Shown here piece by piece: positions 10,134 to 19,774 of a stretch of 64,000 bases of DNA. Made by a program: the position numbers and the translations under genes. The notes below the pieces were generated by a model that searched no databases, had not been told where the DNA came from, and saw only the letters and a program-made list of their open reading frames with translations. Origin of the DNA: Bacteriovoracia bacterium. GTDB lineage: Bacteria; Bdellovibrionota; UBA1018; CAIPTA01. How positions within the stretch are numbered: position 1 is the first letter of the stretch; each line of letters starts with the position of its first letter. Location of the stretch: contig JBFWVL010000001.1 of NCBI GenBank assembly GCA_050246755.1, positions 1 to 64,000 on the forward strand, in the 5' to 3' direction.

Positions 10134-12083
10134 ATGATCGAAATCCGCGACATCAAAAAATCCTACCGCATGGGCGACAACGTGGTGCACGCCCTGCGCG
10201 GGATCAATTTGGTGATCGAAGACGGCGACTTCGTGGCGATCATGGGACCTTCCGGGAGCGGAAAATCCACCCTGACTCATATCCTCGGCCTGCTCGACGT
10301 GCCCGAATCGGGCTCCTACCTGCTCAATGGCCGCGAAGTTTCCCGGCTTTCGGAAGATGAGCTCGCCGTGCTCCGTCGCGATGAGATCGGCTTCATCTTC
10401 CAGCAATTTAATTTGCTTCCCCGCCTCAACGCGGTGGAAAACGTGGCGCTCCCCCTTCTCTATTCAAAAAAAGAGAATGGCGAGGAGCGCTCCAAAAAGC
10501 TCATGGCTCAAGTAGGGCTCGGCAGCCGCATGGATCACCGGCCCAACGAGCTCTCGGGCGGGCAGCAGCAGCGCGTGGCCATCGCGCGTGCGCTCATCAA
10601 CCAGCCGCGCATGATCCTGGCCGACGAGCCCACGGGAAACCTGGATTCGGTGAGCCAAGAGGAGATCATGCGCGCGCTCCAGGAGCTGAACGACCAGGGA
10701 ATCACGGTGATCGTGGTTACCCACGAGGAAGAAGTGGCGCAGAAAGCAAAGCGGCTGGTGCGGCTGCGCGACGGCGTGGTGCAGGTTGACGAGCGCCACG
10801 CTCCGCTGAAGAAAGCAGCGCCCGTGAAAGAAACGACCGCGGCGCCCGCGGCGAAGAATATTACGGGATTCGAAATCCTGGAATATTTCCGGCAGGGATA
10901 CAAAACCCTCGCGGGCAATAAAGTGCGCACCGCGCTTTCCATGCTCGGCATCCTCATCGGCGTGGCGGCGGTGGTGGCCATGATGGCGATCGGCAAGGGC
11001 GCGCAAAAAGCCATCGAAAGCCAGCTCACTTCCCTCGGCTCGAATCTTCTCGTGGTGCGCGCGGGCGCGCAACGCGTGGGCGGGGTTTCCCAGGAAGCGG
11101 GCGCTACCACGCGGCTCAGCCCCGAGGATGCCGGCGCCATTGAAAAAATTCCTACGGTCCGCGCCGTATCTCCCACCGTTTCGGGCCGCATCCAGGTTAC
11201 CCACCTCAATAAGAATTGGAGCTCCCAGGCGATCGGTGCCGGGCAAAACTACGCCACCATGAAATCCGCCCTGCCCACCGTGGGCAGATTTTTTACCGAG
11301 GAAGAAAATCGCCTGCGCGCCCGCGTGGCCGTGGTGGGCGCCACGGTGGTGCGCGAGCTATTCGGCAGCGCCAATCCCGTGGGCGAATTGATCCGCCTCA
11401 ATAAAGTGAGCTTCCAGATTATCGGGGTTTTGCCGGAAAAAGGCGCCACCGGATTTCGCGACGAAGACGACGTGGTGGTGATCCCGCTTTATACGGCTAT
11501 GCACCGCCTGCTCGGAAAAGACTACGTGGATTCCATCGACGTGGAGGTCAAAGAAGCCACGGAAATTGAAGATACCCAGGAAGCCGTGATGGACACCCTC
11601 TACTCCCGCCACCGCGTGCCGCCCTCGCAGCAGGACGCAGCTTTTCAGGTGAGAAATATGGCGGAGATTCAGGCCGCCCTCACCGAGAGCAGCAAAACCA
11701 TGGGGCTACTGCTGGCTTCAATCGCCGCCATTTCGTTGCTAGTGGGCGGAATCGGGATCATGAATATCATGCTGGTTTCGGTTACGGAGCGAACCAAGGA
11801 AATCGGCCTGCGAAAGGCGATCGGGGCCCGGCGCCAAGATATTCTGCTGCAGTTTTTGGCCGAGTCGATCGTGATCAGCGTGATCGGCGGGCTCGCCGGA
11901 ATTCTCTTAGGCTGGCTGATCACCATTCTGCTGGGGCAAGTGGCGGGATGGGCCACCTCGGTTTCGCCCCAATCGGTGGCGCTGGCCTTCACGTTTTCTT
12001 CCGCCATCGGCATCGTGTTCGGGATTTATCCCGCCCGCAAGGCCTCGCTCCTTCACCCGATCGAGGCCCTTCGCTACGAGTAG
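10134..12083 (+). CDS. macB: MacB-like ABC ATPase/permease fusion
   Basis: Walker A GPSGSGKS, LSGGQQQRV, ILADEPTG; C-terminal VGGIGIMNIMLVSVTERTKEIG. Confidence 0.93.
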   Translation: MIEIRDIKKSYRMGDNVVHALRGINLVIEDGDFVAIMGPSGSGKSTLTHILGLLDVPESGSYLLNGREVSRLSEDELAVLRRDEIGFIFQQFNLLPRLNAVENVALPLLYSKKENGEERSKKLMAQVGLGSRMDHRPNELSGGQQQRVAIARALINQPRMILADEPTGNLDSVSQEEIMRALQELNDQGITVIVVTHEEEVAQKAKRLVRLRDGVVQVDERHAPLKKAAPVKETTAAPAAKNITGFEILEYFRQGYKTLAGNKVRTALSMLGILIGVAAVVAMMAIGKGAQKAIESQLTSLGSNLLVVRAGAQRVGGVSQEAGATTRLSPEDAGAIEKIPTVRAVSPTVSGRIQVTHLNKNWSSQAIGAGQNYATMKSALPTVGRFFTEEENRLRARVAVVGATVVRELFGSANPVGELIRLNKVSFQIIGVLPEKGATGFRDEDDVVVIPLYTAMHRLLGKDYVDSIDVEVKEATEIEDTQEAVMDTLYSRHRVPPSQQDAAFQVRNMAEIQAALTESSKTMGLLLASIAAISLLVGGIGIMNIMLVSVTERTKEIGLRKAIGARRQDILLQFLAESIVISVIGGLAGILLGWLITILLGQVAGWATSVSPQSVALAFTFSSAIGIVFGIYPARKASLLHPIEALRYE

Positions 12084-12304
12084 TTCGATACGATGATGAT
12101 TCTTTCGCAGCTCCGACTGCAGTGCCGAGATCCGGTCATAGTCGTCGGAAAGGAGCTCTTAGTTTACCATGGAAACCAAGGGTCATTTTTTGGGGTTTTC
12201 TGGGCTCATTTTCACCCAAATCAAATATATCGGTAGCTTGAGGCAAAAAACCGCTTCCCAATACCCGAGTAATTTGATATGTTATGCGCCGAAATGAGGT
12301 CTGC

Positions 12305-13027
12305 ATGAAACACGTTCTCTTGGTTTCCGCGATGATGCTTTCCCTTACCACCTTGGCCCAGGCCACCGAACTCCCGGCCGCCGTAGCCGCCGGCTCTCCC
12401 GCCGCGGAAGCAACCGCCGCCCCGGCCCCCGAAGCGGTACCGCTGCCCGCCCCACGCCCCGCTGTCTTAGCCAATCCAAACCAGGCCATTCTCGATCACT
12501 ATCGCAATCTTGATCCCAAAAAAATAATTCCGGGCAAGCTGCTGGCAAAAGCCATCGTGGAATACCATACCCGCTTAAAAGATATTAAGAACCCCCGCTA
12601 CCTGACCGTAATCGACTACAGCCAGCCCTCCACTCAGAAACGTTTTTATATCATCGACATGAAATCGGGCGCCGTATGGAGAACCTACGTGGCCAACGGC
12701 AAAGGCTCCGAAGCGAAAAAAAATGGCCAAGCCACCGCCTTCGGTAACGACAAACGATCGCACCGCTCTTCGGTGGGCGTATTCCTGACCCGCGAAACCT
12801 ACCAAGGCAAGCACGGCCTCTCGCTGAAGCTTTCGGGCCTCTCCTCCACCAACTCGAATGCTCTCTCCCGCGCCATCGTGATCCACGGCGCGAACTACGT
12901 GCAAGATAAAGCCGTGGTGCAAGGCCGCAGCTACGGCTGCCCCGCTTTGCCCATGAAGTATCGCACCATGGTGATCGATATGATCAAGGGAGGAAGCTTG
13001 ATCCTCGCCGCCAGCAGCGTGAAGTAA
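12305..13027 (+). CDS. murein L,D-transpeptidase (YkuD_2-like)
   Basis: RAIVIHGANYV...GRSYGCPA catalytic H/C motif; signal peptide; Ala/Pro linker. Confidence 0.85.
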   Translation: MKHVLLVSAMMLSLTTLAQATELPAAVAAGSPAAEATAAPAPEAVPLPAPRPAVLANPNQAILDHYRNLDPKKIIPGKLLAKAIVEYHTRLKDIKNPRYLTVIDYSQPSTQKRFYIIDMKSGAVWRTYVANGKGSEAKKNGQATAFGNDKRSHRSSVGVFLTRETYQGKHGLSLKLSGLSSTNSNALSRAIVIHGANYVQDKAVVQGRSYGCPALPMKYRTMVIDMIKGGSLILAASSVK

Positions 13028-13090
13028 CCTGACGGGAACAGGTAGCAGACGCAGTTCTCGGCCGGGAATGCGCATGCTACACTTTCCTGC

Positions 13091-15130
13091 ATGAACCCCG
13101 ATAAATCTTCCGCCCTTTTTCGCTTCCAGGAACGCCTTCGCGTGGCGCGCCAGGGCGGACGCAAAGTCGATATCTCCTTCCTGCTCGACGAAGCCAAAGA
13201 GGCCAGAATCCCCGAAGACTTCGTGCGCTGGCTCGAGCAGGTGCTCGTGTGGATCCGGATTTCGGGCGGAAGCGGCACCTCCTCCCAGACCAGCCTCAAA
13301 TTTCTCCTCGCGAAAATCTGCCAAAATCCGGAATGGAAAGCCTCCACCTCGCACCTCCTGCAGCAGCTGCTGCTTCAGGGATCATTCGTGAAACTTTTTT
13401 CCGATACCGGCGTGCATAGCAACTACGCCTTTTTTCACGAAGCCCTCGACCGCCTGGTGCGCGGGCTTTTCCCCGCCTACGGCGATTTATCCAACATGGA
13501 TACCGCGGTGGGGCGGATCTTCAGCCGGGAAGAAGATGCCGAGTGGATTGGGCACCTGCCCCCCGAGCAGCGCGCGCAAATCTTGGAATGCTTTTTTTCC
13601 GACGAGCCCATTCAGCAAAAAATAAAGAATCACCTGATGAGTGACGTGGCCGAGGCCTGCTCTTTCCTTTGCGTGCGCCTCTCGGCCGTAAGCATCCAGC
13701 GCGACATCACCGTGCGCGCGGGAAAAACCCGCGTAGCCGATATTCCGCCGCTCCGCCTGCGGGCGCACATTGAACGCTATTTTGCGGAACTGCTTTCGGG
13801 CCGCAACCGCACCGAGCTCCAGGAAAGCTACGACCATATCAAAACGGAGATCGCGCATTCGCGAAAATACCTTGAAGACGTACGTGCCCATCTAGAGCAA
13901 TACGGAGTGAGCGTCGGGATCGTGTTCAGTCTCGAAACGGCCCATTCCATTCTCGATCGCATCCAGCTTCTGCTGCGCTTCTCGCGCTGGCTTTGTTTTT
14001 CCGAGGGGAACTTCGATCCTTGGCTGTTTTTCGCCGATTTTCTCCGCGCCACTCACGATGAAAACCGCATCACTCCCTTGATTAAGAGCAATTTTCACCT
14101 GCTTTCCCAAAAGATCGTGGAGAAATCCGGCGCCACCGGGGAAAACTATATCACCGGCAACCGCGAGGAATACCGCGCGATGTTTTTTGCCGCGGTGGGC
14201 GGGGGATTCATCACCGCCTTCACTGCGCTGTTCAAATATTTAGGACCGTCCTCGCTCGCCCCCTTCGTGCTCGGCCTCTACGCCGCCTTGAACTATTCCT
14301 CCTGCTTCATCCTCATGCACCACCTCCATTTCAAGCTCGCCACGAAACAGCCCGCAATGACGGCCGCCGCCCTGGCAGAACGCTTACGCCTTCAAGGTGA
14401 AGACCGCCACCTGACGGGTTTCATCGACCTCGTGGCCCGGATCAGCCGCTCCCAGTTCGCCGCGGTGGCGGGAAATATTTTGGCGGTGATTCCCACTGCC
14501 ATCGCCATCGACTGGATCTCCCGCCTATGGCTCGGCCGGTCCGTGCTGGGCGGAGAATACGCCGAGCACGCGCTGGAATCGCTGCATCCGATCGCCACGT
14601 TCACGATCTTCTACGCGGCTCTTACCGGCGTGCTCCTTTGGATCTCGGGCCTATTCGCGGGTTGGGTGGAAAACGCGTTCATCTATTTCCGTATTCCGGT
14701 GGCACTCGAGGGCCATCAGTTTCTCGCCAATTTATTTGGTCCGGAGCGCCTGAACAAGATCGTGCACCGGATTTCCAAGAACCTGTCGGGCTGGACCTCT
14801 TCCATCGCGCTAGGATTTTCGCTGGCCTTCGTGCCGGTAGCCGGCTCCTTCTTCGGCCTTCCCCTCGATGTACGCCACGTCACCCTCAGCACCGGCTCCG
14901 CCAGTTTCGCGATCGCATCGTTGGGCTGGGCGCACGTTAGCGGGCTCATGCTTTTGTTCACCATTGTGGGAATTCTCTTTATTGGAGCCATGAATTTCGG
15001 CGTGAGCTTTTTTCTCGCTCTTTACATTGCGGTGCGCGCCAATAATATTCCGTCCAAGCGTATTCTCGCCATCTTGCGCGCCTGCGGTCGCGAGTTTTTG
15101 CGTCAGCCGCGGAAATTTTTTCTTCCCTAA
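13091..15130 (+). CDS. Gcr-like polytopic membrane protein (family conventionally labelled 'site-specific recombinase')
   Basis: TGENYIT, AAVGGG, LATKQPAMTAA, LPLDVRHVTLSTG motifs; multiple C-terminal TM helices. Confidence 0.8.
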   Translation: MNPDKSSALFRFQERLRVARQGGRKVDISFLLDEAKEARIPEDFVRWLEQVLVWIRISGGSGTSSQTSLKFLLAKICQNPEWKASTSHLLQQLLLQGSFVKLFSDTGVHSNYAFFHEALDRLVRGLFPAYGDLSNMDTAVGRIFSREEDAEWIGHLPPEQRAQILECFFSDEPIQQKIKNHLMSDVAEACSFLCVRLSAVSIQRDITVRAGKTRVADIPPLRLRAHIERYFAELLSGRNRTELQESYDHIKTEIAHSRKYLEDVRAHLEQYGVSVGIVFSLETAHSILDRIQLLLRFSRWLCFSEGNFDPWLFFADFLRATHDENRITPLIKSNFHLLSQKIVEKSGATGENYITGNREEYRAMFFAAVGGGFITAFTALFKYLGPSSLAPFVLGLYAALNYSSCFILMHHLHFKLATKQPAMTAAALAERLRLQGEDRHLTGFIDLVARISRSQFAAVAGNILAVIPTAIAIDWISRLWLGRSVLGGEYAEHALESLHPIATFTIFYAALTGVLLWISGLFAGWVENAFIYFRIPVALEGHQFLANLFGPERLNKIVHRISKNLSGWTSSIALGFSLAFVPVAGSFFGLPLDVRHVTLSTGSASFAIASLGWAHVSGLMLLFTIVGILFIGAMNFGVSFFLALYIAVRANNIPSKRILAILRACGREFLRQPRKFFLP

Positions 15131-15134
15131 AGAC

Positions 15135-15279
15135 CTGGTCTACTTAATTGTTGATGGAAGCCGCTAACCATACGCAGTCATTCGACAAATTTTAAATTGG
15201 TTTCGAATTTATACCACCTAGCGGTAGGCCTTTAAATTCACGAATGAATCGCCGCAAAAACAACAATTAAGTAGGCCAG
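15135..15279. mobile_element. MITE copy 2 (145 bp)
   Basis: TIR CTGGTCTACTTAATTGTTG / CAACAATTAAGTAGGCCAG (18/19); colinear with copies 1 and 3. Confidence 0.85.
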
Positions 15280-15317
15280 CTGGCTCTTCAATAGGACAAT
15301 GAAAGCTCGGAGGGAAC

Positions 15318-16562
15318 GTGAAATCTTTTGTTCAAATCGCGGCCATGGCTTTTCTACTCCTCTCCTCCGCCTCCCACGCCGCCCCTGGCCACCCCCGGGT
15401 TGGCATCGTAGTAATCGACGTGCAAAAATCTTTTTTCGCCGCCGCCGCCAATGAAAATATGGCCGAGGTAACGGCCAATACGAAAAAAGTATTCGAGCTC
15501 GCCAAAAAAAATAAGACGCCCTTCTTTATTACCTACGAGGGAAAGAAAACCGGCGACCACGATATTCCAGAAACCCTTAGGCGCGTACTGCCGAAGCACG
15601 GGAAGTCTTTTATCAAAACCACCTACGCCGCTACCGGCCTCAAGCCCTTCGTGAAGGCCATCAAGGATTCCGGCGTCACTCACCTTGTCGTGCTCGGCTC
15701 CGAAACCGACGTTTGCGTGATGCATACCGTGCTCGGGCTGCGGAAAATGGGCTACCAGGTCTCTTTGCAGAAAGACGCGGTATTTTCTTCCGAGCATAGT
15801 CCTGGCGCCGCTTACCGCCGCATGGAGATGGCCGGCGTGCATATGGCCGATATGCCGGAAGTTGCGAAAATGATGGAGAGCGATACCCCGCCCGCGCCCA
15901 CCGTCCAAAACATCGATACTCTCCTGCAGCCCATGCGCGGCGGAAAACCCAATCTCGCCCTAGTCCTGAATCTATTCGACGAAGCCCATATCAAGGGCAG
16001 CGGCGATTCCTTCAAAGCCCCGAAGCTCGAGCGCATCCGCGAGCTGCTCCTGCTCGCCGAGTGGACCAAAATTCCGGTCTACGTGAAGGGCGTCAGTCCC
16101 CACGCCCCTCTGCCCGAATCCCTGAAAAAAATCATGCCCAAGGATGCGCTCCGTATTTTTGAGCAGAAAAAATGGCATTCCTTCGCGGATTTTCCGCCCG
16201 GTGGGTTCCAGCAGGTGCTGCTGGCGGGGAGTGAGCAGAATCTAAACGAAGTAGTTGGGGCACTCGGAAAAGAGCGCCAGCTGTTTCTCACCGAAGATTC
16301 CCTGCTTTCCTCGGCCAGGAAACCTATTTTGGAAACTGAGGAACTAGTTCCCCTCACCTATAAGTCTCTCTACTTTGGCCTGACCCAATCAATTTCCCAA
16401 AAAGAGTGGCCGGTGAAAGAGTGGATCGACCGCGACCCCACTTTTTATCCGCTGATGTCTCCGGCTGAGCAGTTGCTGCCGATGAAGCCCGCGAAACGCG
16501 CGGCTCCACCCCGTACTAGTTCCGGGGAACCCGCTCTTCTTCCCGCTACCAGCGCCCAATAA
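15318..16562 (+). CDS. secreted isochorismatase/cysteine hydrolase family protein with C-terminal extension
   Basis: VIDVQ, IKTT, GSETDVCV (D-K-C triad); signal peptide; GGAGGG RBS. Confidence 0.75.
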   Translation: MKSFVQIAAMAFLLLSSASHAAPGHPRVGIVVIDVQKSFFAAAANENMAEVTANTKKVFELAKKNKTPFFITYEGKKTGDHDIPETLRRVLPKHGKSFIKTTYAATGLKPFVKAIKDSGVTHLVVLGSETDVCVMHTVLGLRKMGYQVSLQKDAVFSSEHSPGAAYRRMEMAGVHMADMPEVAKMMESDTPPAPTVQNIDTLLQPMRGGKPNLALVLNLFDEAHIKGSGDSFKAPKLERIRELLLLAEWTKIPVYVKGVSPHAPLPESLKKIMPKDALRIFEQKKWHSFADFPPGGFQQVLLAGSEQNLNEVVGALGKERQLFLTEDSLLSSARKPILETEELVPLTYKSLYFGLTQSISQKEWPVKEWIDRDPTFYPLMSPAEQLLPMKPAKRAAPPRTSSGEPALLPATSAQ

Positions 16563-16722
16563 ACAAATGATGCGCCGCCGCAGTAGTTTTTAGCGGGCGG
16601 CTGGAGCCATTTGGGCTCCATTTTTTTCGCCAGAAATACCCCTGCCCCCAAATTTCTGCCCAACCACCCTGGCACAAGCCTTGCCTTGCGGCCCTCGCAA
16701 CGCTTTTTCCACCAGGAGTTTT

Positions 16723-18486
16723 ATGAAAAAAATCTTTCTCGCCACTTTGTCGGCCCTCGCAGTAGCCGGAGCCGTAATCGCTGCCCCATCTGAACGCCCA
16801 AGCTCTGATCTCACGCGCACCAAAACCGCGTCGGATGGTTTGAACGCGAAACTTTCCAAAAACATTTATCGCACGGAAGAATACGAGGCCAACTATACGG
16901 TATCGGTTCCCTACGAAGCCGACGAAACCTACTACGTTAGCGTTCCCTACCAAGACACCGAAGATTATTGGGAGAATGTTCCCTACCAAACCAGCGAGCA
17001 GGTTTGCACCGATAATGTAAGCTACCGCCAAGAGTGCCGGACGGAGCGCGTTTGTAATAATATTATAGACGTGAGCGCGAAGCTCCTCGCCTTGATGCCG
17101 GATGGGCCGGGAGGTCCTGGTGGTCCTGGACGCGGCGGTCCCGGAGGTGGACCTGGTCGAGGCCCCGGAGGTCCTGGTGGCCCTGGTGGCGGCGGTTGGG
17201 GTGGAGGACATGGTCCCGGCGGACCTGGAGGTCCCGGTGGCGGCGGTCATGGCCCTGGTGGCCCCGGAGGCGGGCCTGGTCACGGTGGTGGCGGTGGTTG
17301 GGGCGGTGGCCCCGGTCATGGTGGTGGCGGAAATCCTCCCCCGCCCCCGCGTCCCGTTTGTCACAACGAGCAACGTTGCACGCAAGTTCCCGTGCATAAT
17401 CGCGAGTGCCACATGCAATCCGTTACGCGCTATCGCCAAGAGCGCCGGACCCGTACGGTTACGAAATACCGCGACGAAGCGCGTACCCGCACCGTCACGA
17501 GATACCGCGATGAAGAGCGCTGCTGCGTAACGAAGACGCGCTCGGTATACGATCACCAGATCGCCGCCGACGTAACCTTCGTATTCCCCGCGGAAGCCAC
17601 GCTCGAAGCGAACGAAAAGGAATCTTTCCGTGCCGTGCTCGAGAGTGATGGCGACCTGAAGGTGAAGGCCCTTAAGTCCATCTATAGCTATTCTCCGCTC
17701 GTGAGTGATCTTGGCGGCGGTAAGTATAGCGTGGAAATGAAGCTCGTGCCCACCTATGCGGAAGACCAGCTTGGCCTGAAAACGGTCGGTAACCTCCGCC
17801 TCACGGTGGTGGGAGCCCGCTCCCGACTCACGTTCGAAGATCTCGGCGCCGTGAACAAAACTAAGACCGTCTACGACCTGCAATTAGTCGACGCCGCTAC
17901 CGGCGCCGTGCTGATCCAGGAGCTGAAGGAAAATCTCGCGAACAGCCAGCGGATCACTTGGGACCTCAACGCCACTACCGTGGCCGGAAAAATCGTGGCG
18001 GTTCGCCTGAACGTGGCGCGTGACGGTATCGTAGTCGCGGCCCCGGTGAGGTTCGAGCTCCAAGCGAGCCTAACGGTGAAAAAGGAAGCCTCGTACGACC
18101 CTAGCCCGTACACGAAGTCTTCCCGGATCCACCACTTCCGCATCGCCGGGAAGAACGACGCGATCGTGGTCAGCTTCCGCGACAATACGAAAGTGATCGA
18201 TGAGGTTTCCACGGAATACCGCCTCGGCATCTTCGTGCAGGAAGGAAAAACGGGACGCTTGCTAGTGGAGAAAACCTTCAACCGCGCGCAAGTGAAAGTA
18301 GAAAAAGATGGCGATATCTTGTTCTCCCTCGCCAACGACTTCGGCCTCGCGGCCGAGGAACTGGCCAATCTCAATCCCGGCAAAGTGATCGCCCTCAGCG
18401 GCGAGGTACTGCGCTATGGATCCCGGTTCAAAGAGGGCAAGGCGGTGGTTGCCGCTAAGGCTAAGCTCACGGTGCCCAAAAAATAG
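16723..18486 (+). CDS. secreted protein with beta-hairpin repeat stalk and Gly/Pro-rich loop
   Basis: AGGAG RBS, signal peptide MKKIFLATLSALAVAGAVIA; VPY and VT(R/K)YR 12-aa repeats; terminator follows. Confidence 0.85.
   Translation: MKKIFLATLSALAVAGAVIAAPSERPSSDLTRTKTASDGLNAKLSKNIYRTEEYEANYTVSVPYEADETYYVSVPYQDTEDYWENVPYQTSEQVCTDNVSYRQECRTERVCNNIIDVSAKLLALMPDGPGGPGGPGRGGPGGGPGRGPGGPGGPGGGGWGGGHGPGGPGGPGGGGHGPGGPGGGPGHGGGGGWGGGPGHGGGGNPPPPPRPVCHNEQRCTQVPVHNRECHMQSVTRYRQERRTRTVTKYRDEARTRTVTRYRDEERCCVTKTRSVYDHQIAADVTFVFPAEATLEANEKESFRAVLESDGDLKVKALKSIYSYSPLVSDLGGGKYSVEMKLVPTYAEDQLGLKTVGNLRLTVVGARSRLTFEDLGAVNKTKTVYDLQLVDAATGAVLIQELKENLANSQRITWDLNATTVAGKIVAVRLNVARDGIVVAAPVRFELQASLTVKKEASYDPSPYTKSSRIHHFRIAGKNDAIVVSFRDNTKVIDEVSTEYRLGIFVQEGKTGRLLVEKTFNRAQVKVEKDGDILFSLANDFGLAAEELANLNPGKVIALSGEVLRYGSRFKEGKAVVAAKAKLTVPKK
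17101..17350 (+). repeat. coding low-complexity repeat (GGPGGPG/GGGWGGG, poly-Pro)
   Basis: Repeated GGT/GGC/CCT codons; includes a duplicated GGTGGCGGCGGTTGGGG-like unit. Confidence 0.85.
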
Positions 18487-18506
18487 TTTTCGGCTCCCTT
18501 AAGCAG

Positions 18507-18533
18507 AAAGCCCGGCCCAAAGCCGGGCTTTTT
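18507..18533 (+). terminator. intrinsic terminator
   Basis: AAAGCCCGGC-ccaaa-GCCGGGCTTTTT. Confidence 0.88.
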
Positions 18534-18614
18534 CTATTTCCCCTCGATAAAATGCCGCGAACAGGTAGGAACAAATTTCTTCAAACCTTCTCGGCTATTT
18601 GCCGAAAAGTGGTC

Positions 18615-19685
18615 ATGAAAATACTATTTTTCGCTTCGATCCTCGCCCTCCTGCTTTTCTGCCTCCCTTTGTCTCCGGCCCAAGCTTGCTCCGCTTTCGG
18701 CAGCGGCGGCGGCGGCGCCATCTTGATGGGAAAAAGCTACGACTGGTCGATGCCTCAGGGATTGATCTATACGAACAAGCGAAACGTACAAAAGAAAGCG
18801 ATGTCGCTCGATCCTTCGCGCCCTACCGATTTTTCCTGGATCTCCAAATACGGCAGCCTCACCTTCAACCAGTACGGCCGCGAGCTTCCCAACGGCGGCA
18901 TGAACGAAAAAGGCCTCGCCATCGAGGTACTTTGGCTGAACTCCGCTGAATATCCGGCGGAAGATTCCCGCGTTGGCCTCAACGAAGGCCAGTGGATCCA
19001 GTATCACTTGGACACGTACGCGTCCGTAAAAGAGATGGCGGAGAATGCCGACAAGCTGCGCACCAATCCCGTTTTCGCCAAAGTGCACCACCTCGCCTGC
19101 GACGCGAGCGGAGAATGCGCCGTATTCGAGAATATCGCCGGCAAACTAGTGATCACCAGGGGCGAAGATGGCGCCTTAATCACCAATTCCACCTCCGCCT
19201 CTTCCCGTAAATACCGCAGAGGATTTTCTGGCTTCGGTGGCCGAAAAGAGATTCCGGAAGGCAGCTACCGCAGCGAAGACCGCTTCGTGACCCTTTCCCA
19301 CCTGCGCAAGCAATTCTCTTCGATCGCGGCTCCCCGGGAACGCTTAATGCACGCCTTCCGGATGCTTTCCGCCGTACGCTCCCAAGAGACATCGGTCTGG
19401 AATATCGTCTACGATTTTTCGGGAAAATCCGTTTCCTTTAAATTCCTGCCCGCCGGGCAAGCCGTTCGTAGCCTGCCGCTAGCCGACGTCGATTTTTCCT
19501 GCCTCACGCCGGTGCGTTACGTGGATCTATCGGCGACCGATTCCCAATGGAAAAACTACGACGCCCAGAAAAATTTCGAGCTCGTAAAACGCGGCATGGA
19601 AGAAAATGGCTCCCATTTGCCTAATGCCGAACTCATTACTCTAAGCCTAGCGAAATACCCCGAAACCACAAAGTGCCAGGAGTAA
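18615..19685 (+). CDS. linear amide C-N hydrolase (choloylglycine hydrolase/penicillin V acylase family, Ntn hydrolase)
   Basis: Signal peptide then N-terminal nucleophile AQA|CSAF; WISKYGS, GGMNEKGL motifs. Confidence 0.88.
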   Translation: MKILFFASILALLLFCLPLSPAQACSAFGSGGGGAILMGKSYDWSMPQGLIYTNKRNVQKKAMSLDPSRPTDFSWISKYGSLTFNQYGRELPNGGMNEKGLAIEVLWLNSAEYPAEDSRVGLNEGQWIQYHLDTYASVKEMAENADKLRTNPVFAKVHHLACDASGECAVFENIAGKLVITRGEDGALITNSTSASSRKYRRGFSGFGGRKEIPEGSYRSEDRFVTLSHLRKQFSSIAAPRERLMHAFRMLSAVRSQETSVWNIVYDFSGKSVSFKFLPAGQAVRSLPLADVDFSCLTPVRYVDLSATDSQWKNYDAQKNFELVKRGMEENGSHLPNAELITLSLAKYPETTKCQE

Positions 19686-19774
19686 ATCCTCGCTGCGGCA
19701 TTTAAGCGGGGTCAATGGCCGCCGTAAATACCCTTGATACCGCTCGTCATAAGTGCGAAATTCCCAAGTAAGAA

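Noticed and set aside
12188-12203. 16-bp match TTTTTGGGGTTTTCTG with the reverse complement of 23446-23461
   Set aside because: Low-complexity homopolymer runs with no flanking similarity.
13091-15130. 'Site-specific recombinase' as the enzyme mobilising the adjacent MITE or the island
   Set aside because: The family label is historical; the protein is a polytopic membrane protein with no visible tyrosine or serine recombinase motifs.
17101-17350. GC-rich tandem repeats as a CRISPR or non-coding array
   Set aside because: In-frame Gly/Pro codon repeats with synonymous variation; no repeat-spacer structure.
16546-17883. 445-aa minus-strand ORF
   Set aside because: Antisense shadow of the Gly/Pro repeat gene; the plus-strand gene has the RBS, signal peptide and terminator.
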